Shown in pieces: positions 63,389 to 64,000 of a stretch of 64,000 nt of DNA. The notes under the pieces are model-generated. The model saw nothing but the letters and a program-made list of their open reading frames with translations, ran no database searches and was not told where the DNA came from. Source of the stretch: Candidatus Fraserbacteria bacterium (lineage in GTDB: Bacteria; Bipolaricaulota; Bipolaricaulia; RBG-16-55-9; DRXL01); NCBI GenBank assembly GCA_947085185.1, contig CAMTVK010000019.1, positions 13,892 through 77,891 on the forward strand. The letters run 5' to 3'. The translations under genes and the position numbers were made by a program. Positions within the stretch are counted from its first letter, which is position 1; each line of letters starts with the position of its first letter.

Positions 63389-64000
63389 GGATCTTTTCGA
63401 AGACCCCTTCAGGCAGGAGCCTGCGCAAGGGCAAGACCGTACGGGCGTCGCGCCCCACGGGATAGCGCAGCTTGGGATTGGGATTCTTTATCGCGCGATA
63501 GATCGTCTCGGCGACTCGCTCTGGAGGCGCCGCACGAGAGATTCTGCGCAGGCGTCGGCCGCTGGCTTGCTTGAAGATCGCATAAGGAGAGCTCTCATTC
63601 TGGGCGGCTTGGGCCAGTTGCACGTTCTCCTGAAAATTCGTAGCGATAAACCCTGGCTCAATCAGAATGACTTTGATATTCCAAGGAGCCAGCTCGTAGC
63701 GTAGCGTCTCCGTTAGCCCCTCGAGAGCGAACTTGCTCGCCGTGTACGGCCCAGAGAAGGGGATGGCCATTCTGCCCAAGACCGAACTGATATTGACGAT
63801 CGCGCCCGATCTGCGCGTGCGCATGTGGGGAAGCACAGCGTGCGTGACGCGAATGACCCCGAAGAAATTCGTCTCAAACTGCCTCTTCCATTCGTCGAGG
63901 GAGACCTCTTCAACGGCGCCGTGCAGCCCATAGCCAGCGTTGTTAACGAGCACGTCAATCCGCCCGCTCTTTTGAAGAACCTTCTCGACGGCTCTCTGCA
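63366..64000 (-). CDS. SDR-family oxidoreductase (partial, N-terminus beyond the window end)
   Basis: NNAGYG, YTASKFALEGL (YxxxK), in frame through 64000. Confidence 0.7.
   Translation of the reverse strand, partial: QRAVEKVLQKSGRIDVLVNNAGYGLHGAVEEVSLDEWKRQFETNFFGVIRVTHAVLPHMRTRRSGAIVNISSVLGRMAIPFSGPYTASKFALEGLTETLRYELAPWNIKVILIEPGFIATNFQENVQLAQAAQNESSPYAIFKQASGRRLRRISRAAPPERVAETIYRAIKNPNPKLRYPVGRDARTVLPLRRLLPEGVFEKILKRQLGL

Noticed and set aside
63345-63704. Plus-strand 119-aa ORF after the ABC ATPase.
   Set aside because: It fully overlaps the minus-strand SDR gene, which has clear NNAG/YxxxK motifs. It has no ribosome-binding site and no motifs.
1-64000. CRISPR arrays, rRNA genes, tmRNA next to smpB, intact IS elements, integrases or prophage structural genes.
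   Set aside because: No regularly spaced short repeats, no rRNA-like conserved stretches, and no tmRNA-like tRNA-Ala acceptor/TLD with tag ORF near 51600-52500 were seen by eye. Only decayed IS fragments are present.

Overview
This is a high-GC bacterial chromosomal segment from an unidentified lineage. It is densely packed with about 70 genes, in mostly short, overlapping operons. Read by eye, it is a housekeeping backbone interrupted by several accessory insertions.

Housekeeping genes:
- A DinG/XPD-like helicase (partial), OsmC and a thiolase.
- cspA with a long leader.
- A compact dcw block: ftsW-murG-murC-murB-ftsQ-ftsA-ftsZ.
- dnaN-tmk-lspA, mutS2, rplT-rpmI-infC with tRNA-Glu, ggt, and smpB co-transcribed with two tRNA-Met(CAU) genes.
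- hutU, pepF, pepP, pgsA, an acyl-CoA ligase plus a phosphopantetheinyl transferase, and Liv-type ABC components.

Accessory features:
1. Two translationally coupled DUF433/DUF5615 (PIN-like) toxin-antitoxin-like pairs. One sits inside a WD40 gene remnant bounded by 40-bp perfect direct repeats. The other sits 4 nt downstream of an ARC/Mpa-like AAA+ ATPase that lacks a proteasome-docking tail.
2. Two degraded IS481-family transposase remnants in direct orientation that bracket a 2.9-kb cassette of secreted proteins.
3. A 27-bp GC-rich element, followed 7 nt later by a consensus sigma70 promoter, present in two copies (cspA and the cassette gene).
4. A surface/adhesion locus at 36.2-43.7 kb. 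It encodes an outer-membrane-like protein, an SCPU-like pilin-type subunit, a small RHH + T2SSE_N/MshEN-like putative c-di-GMP-sensing regulator, a PapD-like protein with a C-terminal dockerin, HU, and a 1163-aa CARDB/CnaB/PKD adhesin.
5. A tightly coupled five-gene envelope operon at 54.4-63.4 kb: an S8 subtilase with a FlgD/T9SS-CTD-like tail, a short FadL-hatch beta-barrel, a 1401-aa beta-barrel/Reg_prop beta-propeller outer-membrane protein, and a MacB/LolE-type FtsX permease with its ATPase.

The last two loci are the best candidates for previously undescribed systems. All calls come from manual translation and motif recognition; no database searches were run.
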